A DNA stretch of 64,000 nucleotides. Source: an uncultured Gemmatimonadales bacterium (lineage in GTDB: Bacteria; Gemmatimonadota; Gemmatimonadetes; Gemmatimonadales; GWC2-71-9). The notes beneath the pieces were generated by a model. That model had not been told where the DNA came from, ran no database searches, and saw only the letters and a program-made list of their open reading frames with translations. The stretch covers positions 384,001 to 448,000 of the forward strand of contig CAWGED010000019.1 of the NCBI GenBank assembly GCA_963821525.1. Direction: 5' to 3'. Both the position numbers and the translations under genes were made by a program. This document shows, in pieces, positions 1 to 11,206 of this stretch. Numbering within the stretch: the stretch's first letter is position 1; each line of letters opens with the position of its first letter.

Positions 1-3000
1 TAGGTAGCCGAATAAGTCCCGTTACCGTTGTCGGTGACCGTGGCATTGGCGGAGTTAGCCCCGGTTACCGTCACCTCCACGTCGGACCCCCCGGAGGTCA
101 GGGCGTTCCCGAACTGATCCCTCGCCTGAATAGTGATAACCGTCTGAACCGAAATGGTGCCATCGGGAACGTTGGCCGTGGATTGGCCGGCGTTCGCCAC
201 GTCGGGGGTCCCGGTCGCGGTGAAGGTGACGGGACTGCCAGTGAGGCCGCTGGAGGTGGCGCTCAGTGTGTTGGTTCCGGCCGTGGTACCGAGGGTCCAG
301 CGCGAGACCCCAGCGAGACCGTTAGGGTCCGTCTTCGGATGTTGCCCGGCGACACTACCTCCGCCCGACTCGACTGCGAAATCTACGGTCACATCCTTGA
401 CCGGGTTTCCGCTCACGTCGGTAACCAGAACGGTGGGCGGGGTAGTCACGTCCTGATCAACCGTGGCAGACTGGTTGTCCCCGGCCTGTGCCACGATCGA
501 AGCCGGATCACCAGCAACCAGGGAGACAGTGCTGGACGTCGCCCCCGTGAGACCGGAGGAGGTGAAGCTGAGCGTGTGGTTGCCAACCGTCCCGGTAATC
601 TCGAGGTCTGGGAAGGTGGCCACCCCATTGAAGTCGGTATTCACCGTCAACGTGCTGCCCCCCAATGATCCACCGCCGCTCGCGATAGTCGCCGTGACCT
701 GCACGCCGTTCTGGCTCACCGGATTGCCCGCCGCGTCCCGCAGCTGAAGCACCGGCTGCCGCGGGAACGCGATTGCGTTCTGGGCGGTACTCGAGGGCTG
801 GGTCGTAATGGTGAACTGGGCGGGAGCACCGGTGTTTCCGGTGGCGGTGAATGTCACCGGACTGCCGCTCAAACCACCCGATGTTGCCTTCAGGCTATTG
901 GGCCCTGGGTTATTCCCGAGGGTCCAGCTCGTCACGGCTGCCAACCCGTTCGCGTCGGTCGCCACCGCCGTAGTCGGCACCACGCTTCCGCCGCCCGAGC
1001 CCACCGCGAAGGTCACATTCACTCCGCTCACGGGATTGCCGCTCACGTCGGCCACCACGACCCTGGGCGGGACCGCGACCGGAGTTCCCGCATCAGCGGA
1101 CTGCCCGTCACCGGCGCTCACGTCGATCGTCGCCGCCGCACCCGCCACGATATTGATGGTGGCGGAGGTCACCGAGTTAAGCGTGCCCGAGGTGAACTGC
1201 AGGGTACGATTCCCGATCGTCCCGTTGATCTCGAGATTGCCGAAGGTGGCCAGGCCGCTTGCATTGGTGTTGACCGTTGCCGTCCCGCCGATCGTCCCTC
1301 CTCCGCTCGCGATGGTCGCCGTGACCTGTACGCCGTTCTGGCTTACCGGGTTGCCGGCCGCATCCCGAAGCTGAATCGTCGGCTGCTGCGGGAACGCGAT
1401 GGAGTTTTGAGCCGTGGCCGAGGGCTGGGTTGTGATGCTCAGGTGATTCGCCTGGCCGGCTGTCACACTCATGGAGCCGGAGGTAACGCTCGAGAGGCCG
1501 CTGGAGCTGAAGGTCAGGGTGTGCGCACCAGGAGTACCTGTGATGGCAAGATCGGTAAACGCGGCCTGGCCACTCGCGTTGGTATTGATCGGGAAGGTCC
1601 CGTCCAGCGTGCCGCCGCCCGTCGCTATTGCGGCGTCCACCGAAACGTTGTTCTGACTGACGTTGTTCCCGCTCTGATCCTTGAGCTGGACCACAGGTTG
1701 CGTCGGGAATACCACCCCGCTCTGGACCGAGCTGGAAGGCTGGGTTGTCAGCGCAAGCTGGGTGGCGGCTCCTGCGGTGAGGGTGATCGCCGCGCTGGTG
1801 GCGCTCACGAAGCCGCTGGCCGAGAAGATGAGCGTCCGCGAGCCCACCACGCCGGTAATCGCGAGATCGTTGAAGCTCGCGACGCCGCTGGCGTTGGTGG
1901 TCGCAGTGGTGGTCCCGTTAAGAGTACCTCCACCCGACAGGATGGATGCGCTGACCACCACTCCGGGCTGGTTCACCGGATTGTTGCTTGCATCACGGAG
2001 CTGGATGACCGGCTGCTGAGCGAAGTCCACCCCGTTCTGTGCCGTGGCGCCGGGCTGAGTCTGAATGAACAGCACGCTCCCGCTCCCGGCACCCAGCGCA
2101 ACGGTGTTCGACACTGCCGCAGTCAGACCGGTGCCGCCGAATCTCAGGGTGAAGTTCCCCGCCGGCCCGCTCAGCGTGAGGCCGCTGAAGGTTGCCTCGC
2201 CAGTTGCGTCGGTCGTCGCGACGGTATTGCTGAGCGAGCCGCCAGTGCCCGAGGCGATGGAGGCCGTAATCGAAGTCCCTCCCTGGGAAACCGCATTTCC
2301 TGCCCCGTCGCGCAGCTGGACGACCGGCTGGGTAGCCAGTGCAACTCCACTCGACGCGGTGGGAGGCGGCTGCACCGTGATGGTCACCTGGTTCGCCGGC
2401 CCTGGATTCAGCGTGATCGGGTTACTGGAGACGCCGGTGAGCCCCCCCGCGTCATATTGCAGTGTGTAGCTGCCGACGGTGCCGGTAATCGCCAGGCCGG
2501 CGAAGGTCGCGAGCCCGGCTCCGCTGGTCGTGGCTGTCGCGTTGGTGAGCGTTCCGGTGCCGGACGCGAAGCTGGCCGTAATCGTTGTGCCGGCCTGACT
2601 CACGCTGTTCCCCGCCGCGTCCTGGATCTGGATTCTCGGCTGTACCACGATCGCGACCCCGCTCTGGGCCGTGCCGGACGGTTGCCGGTTCACGCCCAGC
2701 TTGGCCGCCGTACCCGCTGTCAGCGCGATGGTGGTGGAAGTTGCCCCGGTCAGGCCAGTGGCATCGAAGGACAGCGTGTAGTTCCCCACCACACCGCTGA
2801 TCGCAAGATCGGTGAAGCTGGCAATACCCGAGGCATTGGTGGAAACGGTGAGAGTTCCGGTGATCGTGCCGCCCGTGCTCACCGTCGCGGTGATATCCAC
2901 ATTGGCCTGCGAGACATTATTTCCGTTGCCATCGCGCAGCCGCACCACGGGCTGGGTGGCGATGTCGATGCCGCTCTGCGCCGTGGCACTGGGCTGGGTC

Positions 3001-6000
3001 GTGATCGCAAGCTGGGTCGCCGACCCGGTCGTTCCGGTCGCAGTAAAGGTGAGCGGCGATCCGCTGAGTCCAGCCGACGTTGCTGTCAGGGTATTGGGCC
3101 CGGCAGTCGCTCCCAATGTCCAGCTTCCCACCGTGGCGATTCCGCTCGCGTTCGTGGTGGCATTCCCGCCGGTGATGCTCCCGCCACCTGTGGCGACCGC
3201 GAAGGTGACACTGCGACCCGCAACCGGATTGCCAGCCGCGTCAGTGACCAGTACTGCCGGATCAATCGGAACCGCCGTGCCCACCGGTGCGCTCTGCGCA
3301 TCACCCGCGCTCGTGGCGATCGTGGCGGCGGCACCGGCCGACAGGGCGATGTTCCCGGACGTCACCGATGTGAGCCCGGTCGAATGGAAGGTGAGGGTGT
3401 AGCCGCCGACCAATCCGCTGATCGAAAGTCCGCTGAAGGTGGCGACGCCGCTCGCGTTGGTCGTTGCGCTTGCAGTTCCACCCAGAGTTCCGCCGCTCGC
3501 CGTTACGGTTACCGAGACACCGGCCTGGCTCACCGCGTTGCCATTCGCGTCACGAAGCTGAATCACCGGCTGCGCCGCGAATACCGCTCCGCTCTGGGCG
3601 GTGCTCGACGGCTGAGTCGTAATGGAGAGTTGCGTCGCGCCGGAGGCGGTACCGGTGGCGTTGAAGCTCACCGGATTTCCCGGAGATGCCACTCCCGGTG
3701 GCGGTGGCGGTAACGGTGTTCGTGCCGGCGAGAGGTCCAAGGGTCCAGTCGCTCACCGTGGCAACGCCGGAGGCATTCGTAGTCTGCGTCGGCCCGCTCA
3801 GGCTTCCACCGCCCTGAGTAATGGCGAAGGTGACGGTCACACCGGCGACTGGATTCCCGGCTCCATCCTTGACCACAACCGACGGCGCCGAGGTGACCGG
3901 CGTTCCTACCGGCGCCGATTGACTCACCGGAGAGGCGGCGGCGATCTGGGCGGCGTTCCCGGCAACGACGTTGAAGGTCGAGCTGGTGTCCGACGTGAGG
4001 TTGCTTGCGGCGAAGAGCAGCGTGCGAGGGCCCACCAGCCCGCTGACCGCAAGGTTGGTGAAGGTCACCGAGCTACCGCCACCGGTACTGATACTGGTGG
4101 TGCCACCCAGGGTGCCCCCGCCGCTGCGCAACGTCGCCAGGATCGTCTTGGCAACGGACGCCGGATTACCCGCCGCGTCCTGGATCTGGACCACAGGCTG
4201 CTGCGGGAAGGCGATGCCGCTCTGCACCTGGGTCGAGGGCTGGGTAGTCACGACCAGCTGGGCGGGCGCGCCGGCGCTCAGCGAAATGTTGCTGGAAGTG
4301 ACGCCGGTGAGACTCGCCCCGCTGAAAGTCAGGGTGTAATTCCCGATCGTTCCGGTGATCGAGAGGTTGGTGAACGTGGCTACACCATTCACGGTAGCGA
4401 CCGTCGTGTTGCCGTTAAGCGTGCCGGCGCTCACGTCGGCGCTGATCGCGACACCATTGAGCTGCAGATTATTGCCGTTCTGATCCTGCAACTGGATCGC
4501 CGGCTGCTGCGCGATCCGGGCCCCGCTCTGGGCAGTGCTCGACGGCTGGGTCTTGATGGCAAGCTTGCCGGCGCTGCCCGCCGTGCCGGTGGCGTGGAAC
4601 GTCACAGGCGAACCGGACAAGCCTGCCGACGTAGCAGTCAGCGTATTGGGTCCGGCGATCGAACCCAGAGTCCAGCCGCCCACCTCGGCGATGCCGCTCG
4701 CATCGGTGACCGCGTTGGCACCACCGATTGAGCCGCCACCGGTCGCCACCGCGAAGGTGACCGCCACACCCGCCACTGGATTGCCGCCGCCATCGGTGAC
4801 CAGCACCGCGGGATCCACTGCGACCTGGGAACCGGCGGTCGCGGTCTGGTTGTCACCCGCCTGAATCGCCAGCGTGGCCGCAGCACCCCCGGTGAGCGCG
4901 ACATTGGCGCTGACCTTGGTAAGCCCCGTTGCTGAGAAGTCGAGAACCCGCGGACCCGCGGTTCCGCTGATCGCGAGATCGGTGAAGGTGGCGAGACCCT
5001 GAGCATTGGTCGTCTTGGTCGCAATGCCGGTCAGAGTGCCACCGCCAGTTGCAATGCCTGCGGTGACCGAAACGCCAGTTGAGCTGACGGGATTACCGGC
5101 AACGTCCGCCACCTGAATAGCGGGTTGCTGAGCGAACGGCACCCCGCTCTGCGCCGAGCTGGAGGGCTGCGTCGCGACAATGAGACGAGCCGCCGCTCCC
5201 GCGGATAGTGCGATGGACCCGGATACCGCCGAGGTGAGCCCCGACGCTGTGAAGGTCAGCGTGTAGGAGCCTACCGGGCCCGAGAGAGCGAGGCCGCTGA
5301 AGGTCGCCGTGCCATTCGCGTTGGTGCTTACCGTCAGAGTCCCCGCCAGGGTCGCGCCCCCACCCGTCACCGAGACCGTCACCTGCTTCCCGCCCTGGGC
5401 CACGGGATTCCCCAGCGCATCCTGCAGCTGAATGACCGGCTGAACCGCGAGCACTACTCCGTTCTGCGCCGAGGTCGAAGGCTGGGTGGACATTGCCAGC
5501 TTGCTCGCAGCACCGGCCTGACCAGTGGCATTGAAGAAGACGGGACTGCCGGTGAGCGGGTTGTTGCTTACATCCAGAGCGCTCGCGGCGACGCTGTTGT
5601 TGCCAGCGGTGGGCCCCAGCGTCCAATCGCTCAATGTGGCAAGGCCCGAGGAGTTGGTCGCGATCGTTGTTACGGTACCGCTGGCAGTGCCATCCGACAC
5701 GGTGCCGCCACCGGCGGTGACCGTGAAGGTGACCGTCTCGCCCTGGACCGGGTTGCCGTTCGCATCCGTGACCTTCACTGAGGGAGGTGCGCCCACCGGT
5801 GATCCGGCCGGGCCTGACTGGGTCACAGTGGAGACGGCAACGATCTTGGTTGGCTGAGCAGCCGTTGCGGTGGCCGTGAAGGTGACCGGCGTCAGGTTGG
5901 CGGAGGCGGCGTTGACGGTGTTGGTGCCGGCGGTCGGCCCGAGCGTCCACCGAGTAAAGGCCTTGCCATCGGTGTCGGTAATGCTGGTGGTCGGATTCAC

Positions 6001-6928
6001 CGTGCCGCCACCGGTCGCGATGGTCCAGAGAACCGTCTTGCCTGCAACACCGTTCCCGTTCGCGTCCTTGACGATGACGACGATGGAATCAGTCAGCTCG
6101 AGCCCGACCAGCCCGAACTGTCCGTCGGTGACGGGATCCTTGACCATCGTGGTCGCGGAGCCAGCGGAGGCGGTGTGGGTGAAGACGAGCGGCGATCCGT
6201 TGAGTCCCGCGGCATCGGCCTCGGCGCTTTGGGGACCGGCGGTGTTGCCCAGCACTCGCTGGACCGCGGCCTGTCCGTTGGCGCCGGTGTTCACGGTCGC
6301 CGCGCTGACCGTACCACCGCCAAGCGCACTCCAGCCAACGGAGAAACCGGAGACGGGATTGCCGAACTGGTCGGTGACTTTCGCAACGAGTGAATCGGCC
6401 AGCGCGGTGCCGACCTGGCCGGTCTGCTGATCGCCTTTTACTGCGGTGATGGTTGCAGCTGGACCTGCGAGCGCGGTGGCGTGAAAGGCTGCCTGATTGG
6501 GTTGCCGGCATTAGATCTTACCTCAGCCTCGACGTCCTGATTCCCATGCAGTATGGCCCAGTACCCACCTGGATCGTGCACGGCCATCGTCGTCTGTCTG
6601 AACGGTGTCGGGGATCAGGTCGGCGCCGGCATTAGCGCGCCACGAGCTCGAAACACCACCGGCGTAGTCGCGACGGGACCGCATCGTTTCGAGTTGGTGA
6701 CTACGGACGATCAGCGAATCGGCGAGGGGGGTCCCGACGACGCCCGTCTGATCGATCGCCCCCAATCACATCGATGTTCGCCGGCCCAAGATCGCCAGGC
6801 AGGGAAAGGCTGTCCTTCGTGCATTGGAGCGACGCCACTCCAAGCCCGAGCAGGCCAACCCATCCAAGCAGACGAGCCGATTTGTTCACAGGGGCAGAAT
6901 GGTGACCATGGTCACGAAGGGATGGCAT
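1..6928 (-). CDS. Giant surface (lipo)protein with >=21 bacterial Ig-like (Big_1/invasin-type) modules; 3' end runs off the window; apparent frameshifts at ~3680 and several at 6480-6760
   Basis: ORFs 6701-6928 (hydrophobic signal ending LGVASLQC), 6523-6765 and 3550-6294 join into ~100-aa repeats (VTDxxGNPVAGVxVTF...WTLG; QPS..AQSG..QP.IQLxD). The same repeats continue on the minus strand from ~3660 to position 1. True start may be GTG at 6889. Confidence 0.85.
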
Positions 6929-6939
6929 TCCATATGCCG
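6924..6939 (-). promoter_or_regulatory. Putative sigma54 -24/-12 promoter
   Basis: Minus strand CGGCATATGGAATGCC has GG-N10-GC spacing; AT-rich element at 6963-6990 just upstream. Confidence 0.45.
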
Positions 6940-7075
6940 CCCCGGGGAGGACTATCGTAGCCGGAAGTGTCTTTTAACGCTAGGACTTACGAGTTTGGTT
7001 GGGGGCTGACTGTAGCGGAACCGCTACACCGGCCACGAGCCGACGCAGCGGCCCGTGACCGGTCCTCGATCGCGG

Positions 7076-7681
7076 TCAGTGGAAGGTGATGGCAAGGCCC
7101 ATGTTGAGCATCCGTTCTTCCTGGATGTCGTAGTAGTGGTCCACGAAGTCCACACTCGGCGTAATCGAGACGTCCTTCGCGATCCGGACGTCGTACCCTA
7201 TGCCTGCCACAAAGCCCCAGCCATTCCGCTCAGTTTGGATAGGAGTCGGCGGCGAGTAGTAGAGGCGGAGGTCATCTCGGGTCCACCCTGCCCCACCCTT
7301 GAGAAAGAATCCCCCCCGTGCCACGGGATAGAGCTGTCCGATGATCATGATGCTACCGAGCATGCGCCGATACTGAGGGAACTCGTGGATCCAGAGCTGC
7401 CCTTCCCCGCCGATCGTGAGATTCTGGCCCACGGTGAGTCCGGCCTTACCGGACACCACCCCGCCCCAGATGCCGTTGGCCCAGCCGAGACCGTCATAAG
7501 CATTGAATGACTCAACACCCGCGCCGGCGCCAAGGGAGGCCCAGATTCCCGAGCGGCGGTTGGGATTGTTGTCGGACTCCTTCACTTCGCGAAGGCCGCA
7601 TTGGCACTCGTGCTGGGCCGAGAGCGGGGCCGTCATGGTGCCGAACAGGACGGCCATGATGATCAGTCGAAGCCACCGCAT
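7076..7681 (-). CDS. Small outer-membrane beta-barrel protein (OmpA-transmembrane-like)
   Basis: Signal peptide, amphipathic strands (FFLKGGAG, AGIGYDVRI), C-terminal ITFH. Confidence 0.7.
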   Translation of the reverse strand: MRWLRLIIMAVLFGTMTAPLSAQHECQCGLREVKESDNNPNRRSGIWASLGAGAGVESFNAYDGLGWANGIWGGVVSGKAGLTVGQNLTIGGEGQLWIHEFPQYRRMLGSIMIIGQLYPVARGGFFLKGGAGWTRDDLRLYYSPPTPIQTERNGWGFVAGIGYDVRIAKDVSITPSVDFVDHYYDIQEERMLNMGLAITFH

Positions 7682-7683
7682 GA

Positions 7684-8430
7684 CTATTCCTCCGAGAGTA
7701 ATTGGTCGAGATCGCTCTCATGGCCTGACCAGGTGATCATCAGGCCAACGTTCAACAGTTTTCCGTGATAGGTCCGATCGCCGGCGAGGGTGAAGTGTTG
7801 CCATTCGACGATCGGCGAAATCACCAGCTCGCGATTCATCCGAATGTCCCAGCCGGCTCCTACCACGTAGGCCACACCGACATCGAGCGTCGCCAGCTCA
7901 TCGTAGGCCATGTCGTACACGCTATAGGTCGCCAAACCCGCGCCTACTTTGAGAAACGGTCCCACGGCTCCGAGGGGATGGAGCCGCGCAATCGCGAGCA
8001 GAGACTGCAAGGCTCCGATGAAGTCCTCCTGGAAATCACCGAGCCAGCCGACATACTCGAGCCCGAGTCCAGCGTGCTGGTTGAATCGCCGGCCGACCTC
8101 GGCCGTCAGGGTTGCGCCAGTGGAGCCGGGCCCGTACGTCTTGCGCACACCCGGATAGCGGAGGGCCCGGCTCCCGGCTCCCAGTGCGATCGATTCCCAC
8201 CACACCGGCTTCGCTCGATCCCGGATCTCGCGCAGATAGGGATTGGGTCCGGACTCCATTTGCCCGCGGGAGCGGCGCAGCAGCGTGTCAGGGACTTCCT
8301 CCTCCAGGTCGCTCGAGTCCGGCAGCATGGAATCGGCGACCCATTCCGGGTCCTGCGGATCCTGAGCGCGGAGCGCGGTGCTCAGCAGCGGCATCAGCAT
8401 TGTCAGAGCGAGCGCGCATCCATGCCGCAT
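7684..8430 (-). CDS. Small outer-membrane beta-barrel protein, paralog of the adjacent gene
   Basis: Signal peptide MRHGCALALT..., PFLKVGAG and VGAGWDIRM strands; stop lies 2 nt before the next start. Confidence 0.65.
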   Translation of the reverse strand: MRHGCALALTMLMPLLSTALRAQDPQDPEWVADSMLPDSSDLEEEVPDTLLRRSRGQMESGPNPYLREIRDRAKPVWWESIALGAGSRALRYPGVRKTYGPGSTGATLTAEVGRRFNQHAGLGLEYVGWLGDFQEDFIGALQSLLAIARLHPLGAVGPFLKVGAGLATYSVYDMAYDELATLDVGVAYVVGAGWDIRMNRELVISPIVEWQHFTLAGDRTYHGKLLNVGLMITWSGHESDLDQLLSEE

Positions 8431-8603
8431 CGGCTGACTCCGGTCGTGTATCTTTGTCGGCGTTGACTGACGGACCTTCACGACGCCCTCGGGCAAGCGA
8501 TGGGCCTGCCTGAGGGCCTCCAGCTAACTCTTGATCTGTCGTTGCGTTAGCGGCCTCAATCACCAACCGTGGCCGCAATTCATGTCCTCCCGCTCAGACA
8601 CGC

Positions 8604-9311
8604 ATGTCCCTCTCGATGACGCGTCGCTCACGACTTGCCTTCCTCGCGTGCGCTCTGCTCGCGGGGCTCATCTGCGCCCGACTCGGCTTCTGGCAACTGA
8701 GCCGGCTGCGGGAGCGCCGGGCCAGCAACGCGCGGATCCTGGCGAGCCGGGAACTTCCCCCGATTGACCTCGACCATGGTGCGCCCGACAGTGTGGCGAT
8801 CAATCGGATAGTGCGAGCCAGCGGGAGCTACGATTTCAACACGGAATTCGTGATTCGGCGGCAGTCGATGGAGGGGGTGCCTGCGGTGCGAGTGGTGACC
8901 CCGTTGCGACCGGCCTCGGGGGACACGGCGGTGCTGGTGATTCGGGGTATCGTGCCGTCAGCAGATGCGACAACCATAGAGGTGGACAGCCTTCGGGAGC
9001 CGGGACCGCAACGGGTCGAAGGAATAGCCCTCGCGATTACCACGGAGCCCGGCGGCGGAGAGCCTCTGGAAACAAACGGCCGAACCACCTGGAGCCGGCT
9101 GGATCTCGCAGCTATCCGGAAGGCGCTGCCCTACCCTGTCCGCGGCCTGGCGATCCTGCAACGCCCCGACTCGCTCCTTCCCACCTTCCCTCGTCGCATC
9201 GAACCCACTCTACTCGACGACGGGCCGCACCTGAGTTATGCGGTGCAGTGGTTTTCGTTTGGTCTCATTGCAGTTGTAGGCGGGATCGTACTGACGAGTA
9301 GAAAGGACTGA
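8604..9311 (+). CDS. SURF1 family cytochrome oxidase biogenesis protein
   Basis: LGFWQLSR, VVTPL, VLVIRG and HLSYAVQWF motifs, two TM segments. Confidence 0.9.
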   Translation: MSLSMTRRSRLAFLACALLAGLICARLGFWQLSRLRERRASNARILASRELPPIDLDHGAPDSVAINRIVRASGSYDFNTEFVIRRQSMEGVPAVRVVTPLRPASGDTAVLVIRGIVPSADATTIEVDSLREPGPQRVEGIALAITTEPGGGEPLETNGRTTWSRLDLAAIRKALPYPVRGLAILQRPDSLLPTFPRRIEPTLLDDGPHLSYAVQWFSFGLIAVVGGIVLTSRKD

Positions 9312-9385
9312 GGAGCAAGGAGTAGAAGTAAGAGTCACGACTGGGGGTGAAAGCTAGACCGGAAAAGGGTGCCTGCTCTAGCACC

Positions 9386-9433
9386 TCATCCCGAGGACAC
9401 CCCGAGCGAAGCGAGGGGGTCCGAGGGATCCAG
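9386..9433. repeat. REP-like nested palindromic element between convergent genes
   Basis: TCATCCCGAG[GACACCCCGAGCGAAGCGAGGGGGTC]CGAGGGATCC, flanked by degenerate 7-nt-period arms. Confidence 0.5.
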
Positions 9434-9488
9434 CCTTCTCATTCACTGTTCGCCCGTTCACCCCACAGTCCTGAGTCCTCTCAACCCC

Positions 9489-10754
9489 TCACTGACTCGT
9501 CCGCGCCCCTCCATCCAACTCTTCGATCGTCTTCGTCGACGGCTCCCTCTCCTTCTGATCCTTCTTCGCCACCGCTTCGGCCTGACGCAGGACCCGGAGA
9601 ACGTTCTCGCCCGCCAGCTTCTTGAGATCCGCGTCGCTCCAGCCCCGGCGAATCAGCTCGGCGAAGAGGGCCGGGAATTTCGAGACGTCTTCGAGTCCGT
9701 CCGGGCCGGCGTCAATGCCGTCGAAATCGCTGCCGATGCCGACGTGATCCACTCCCGCCACCTGCCGCACATGTTCGATGTGGTCGGCCACCTGGGCGAG
9801 CGTCGCATGGGGGACCGGGTGACTGGCGCTGTATTCCCGCGCAATCCGCCGCCGTTCCGTGGTGTCCGTCACGTCCTTGAGCAGGGTGTCGATGGCCTGT
9901 CCATTGGCCGTCTCCCCCTCCCGCACAGCGCTTGAGACGAAGCCAGGCACGAAGGTGACCATCACGACTCCGCCGTTCTGGGGCAATCTCGCGAGAATCG
10001 AATCCGGAACGTTGCGAGGGAAGTCCACCAGCGCACGGCAGGAGGAGTGGGAGAAGATCACCGGAGCTTCCGCAACGTTGAGCGCATCGCTCATCACACC
10101 GGGTGACACGTGGGACAGGTCCACCAGCATGCCCAGTCGGTTCATCTCGTGGACCACTTCCTCGCCGAAGCGAGTTAGGCCATCGTGGCGCGCACTGTCC
10201 AGCGCGGCGTCGGCCCAGTCCAGCGTCACGTTGTGGGTCAGGGTCATGTACCGAGCACCCAGGTCGTAATAGGACCGAAGCGCACCGAGGGAATTCTCGA
10301 TCGCGTGGCCGCCCTCCATGCCGAGCAGGGACGCGATCTTCTTCTGCTTCTTCGCGTTTACGATGTCGTCGGCGGTGAGGGCGAGCATCAGACGATCGGG
10401 ATAGCGGGCAATCATCCGGCGCGCGATGTCGAACTGCTCGAGCTGCACCCGGGCGAACCCGCTGTCCTTGATCTCCCCGGGGATATAGATGGACCAGAAC
10501 TGTGCTCCGACCCGACCCTCGGCGAGGCGCGCGAGATCGGTCATTCCTTTGCGCGGAGTACGGAGGTCATACGCCGCAACGTCGCGGGGAGCGCCTTCGG
10601 CGGTTCGGATTTCCCAGGGGAGGTCGTTATGCCCGTCGATCAGTATGGTCTGCTCGAGCAGTTTCTTCGCATGAGCGAGCTGCGCGTCGGTCTGGGCCAT
10701 GAGGGGAGAGACGAATAGTGAGGTCAGCGTGAGGAACGACAAGCGTAAGCCCAT
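9489..10754 (-). CDS. Membrane dipeptidase (peptidase M19), exported
   Basis: IDGHNDL, GMEGGH, TLTHN, VDLSH, FSHS and GIGSDFDG motifs. Confidence 0.95.
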   Translation of the reverse strand: MGLRLSFLTLTSLFVSPLMAQTDAQLAHAKKLLEQTILIDGHNDLPWEIRTAEGAPRDVAAYDLRTPRKGMTDLARLAEGRVGAQFWSIYIPGEIKDSGFARVQLEQFDIARRMIARYPDRLMLALTADDIVNAKKQKKIASLLGMEGGHAIENSLGALRSYYDLGARYMTLTHNVTLDWADAALDSARHDGLTRFGEEVVHEMNRLGMLVDLSHVSPGVMSDALNVAEAPVIFSHSSCRALVDFPRNVPDSILARLPQNGGVVMVTFVPGFVSSAVREGETANGQAIDTLLKDVTDTTERRRIAREYSASHPVPHATLAQVADHIEHVRQVAGVDHVGIGSDFDGIDAGPDGLEDVSKFPALFAELIRRGWSDADLKKLAGENVLRVLRQAEAVAKKDQKEREPSTKTIEELDGGARTSQ

Positions 10755-10781
10755 GAGTTCTCCTGAAGGATGGACAATCAG

Positions 10782-11204
10782 TCACGTCTGATTTGCCTGC
10801 TCCCTGCTCTCAATTACCTGTTGGCTACCTGCCGCTTCGCCCGGCGTCCGATGCCCTGGATCTGCACCACGCCTCGTGCCGGGGAGGAATTCCGGACAGA
10901 TGCTCTGGTCGAACTCATAGGGCCCGCCGTGCTCCGCATCGATCCAGGGAAATCCCCGGCACACTGCGGGGTAGGAAGGGTCGCCGTGAACGATGCAGAC
11001 GTTGTTCTCGAGGAAGACGCAGCGTCCTCCCCGCACTCGAGTGCGCCACTCACCCCAGCGAGTCTGGTAAAGCCGGTCTGCCCCGAATCGCTCGCTCAGG
11101 TCCTGGGCCTCGTCATCCGTCAGTGTCGTCCCATAGGCGCAGCAGGCCGACCCGTGAGGGCAGGGGTAACAGGGCAGCGGCCGCAGGTCCTCGGTCATGG
11201 TCAA
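10782..11204 (-). CDS. YkgJ/CxxCxxCC family cysteine-cluster protein
   Basis: CYPC...ACC, CVFL, CIVH...PAVCRGFP pattern. Confidence 0.75.
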   Translation of the reverse strand: MTMTEDLRPLPCYPCPHGSACCAYGTTLTDDEAQDLSERFGADRLYQTRWGEWRTRVRGGRCVFLENNVCIVHGDPSYPAVCRGFPWIDAEHGGPYEFDQSICPEFLPGTRRGADPGHRTPGEAAGSQQVIESREQANQT

Positions 11205-11206
11205 GG

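Noticed and set aside
154..6430. Many long plus-strand ORFs (e.g. 1407-3713, 768 aa)
   Set aside because: Antisense shadows of the GC-rich Ig-repeat gene; no motifs of their own. The same applies to similar ORFs opposite other genes.
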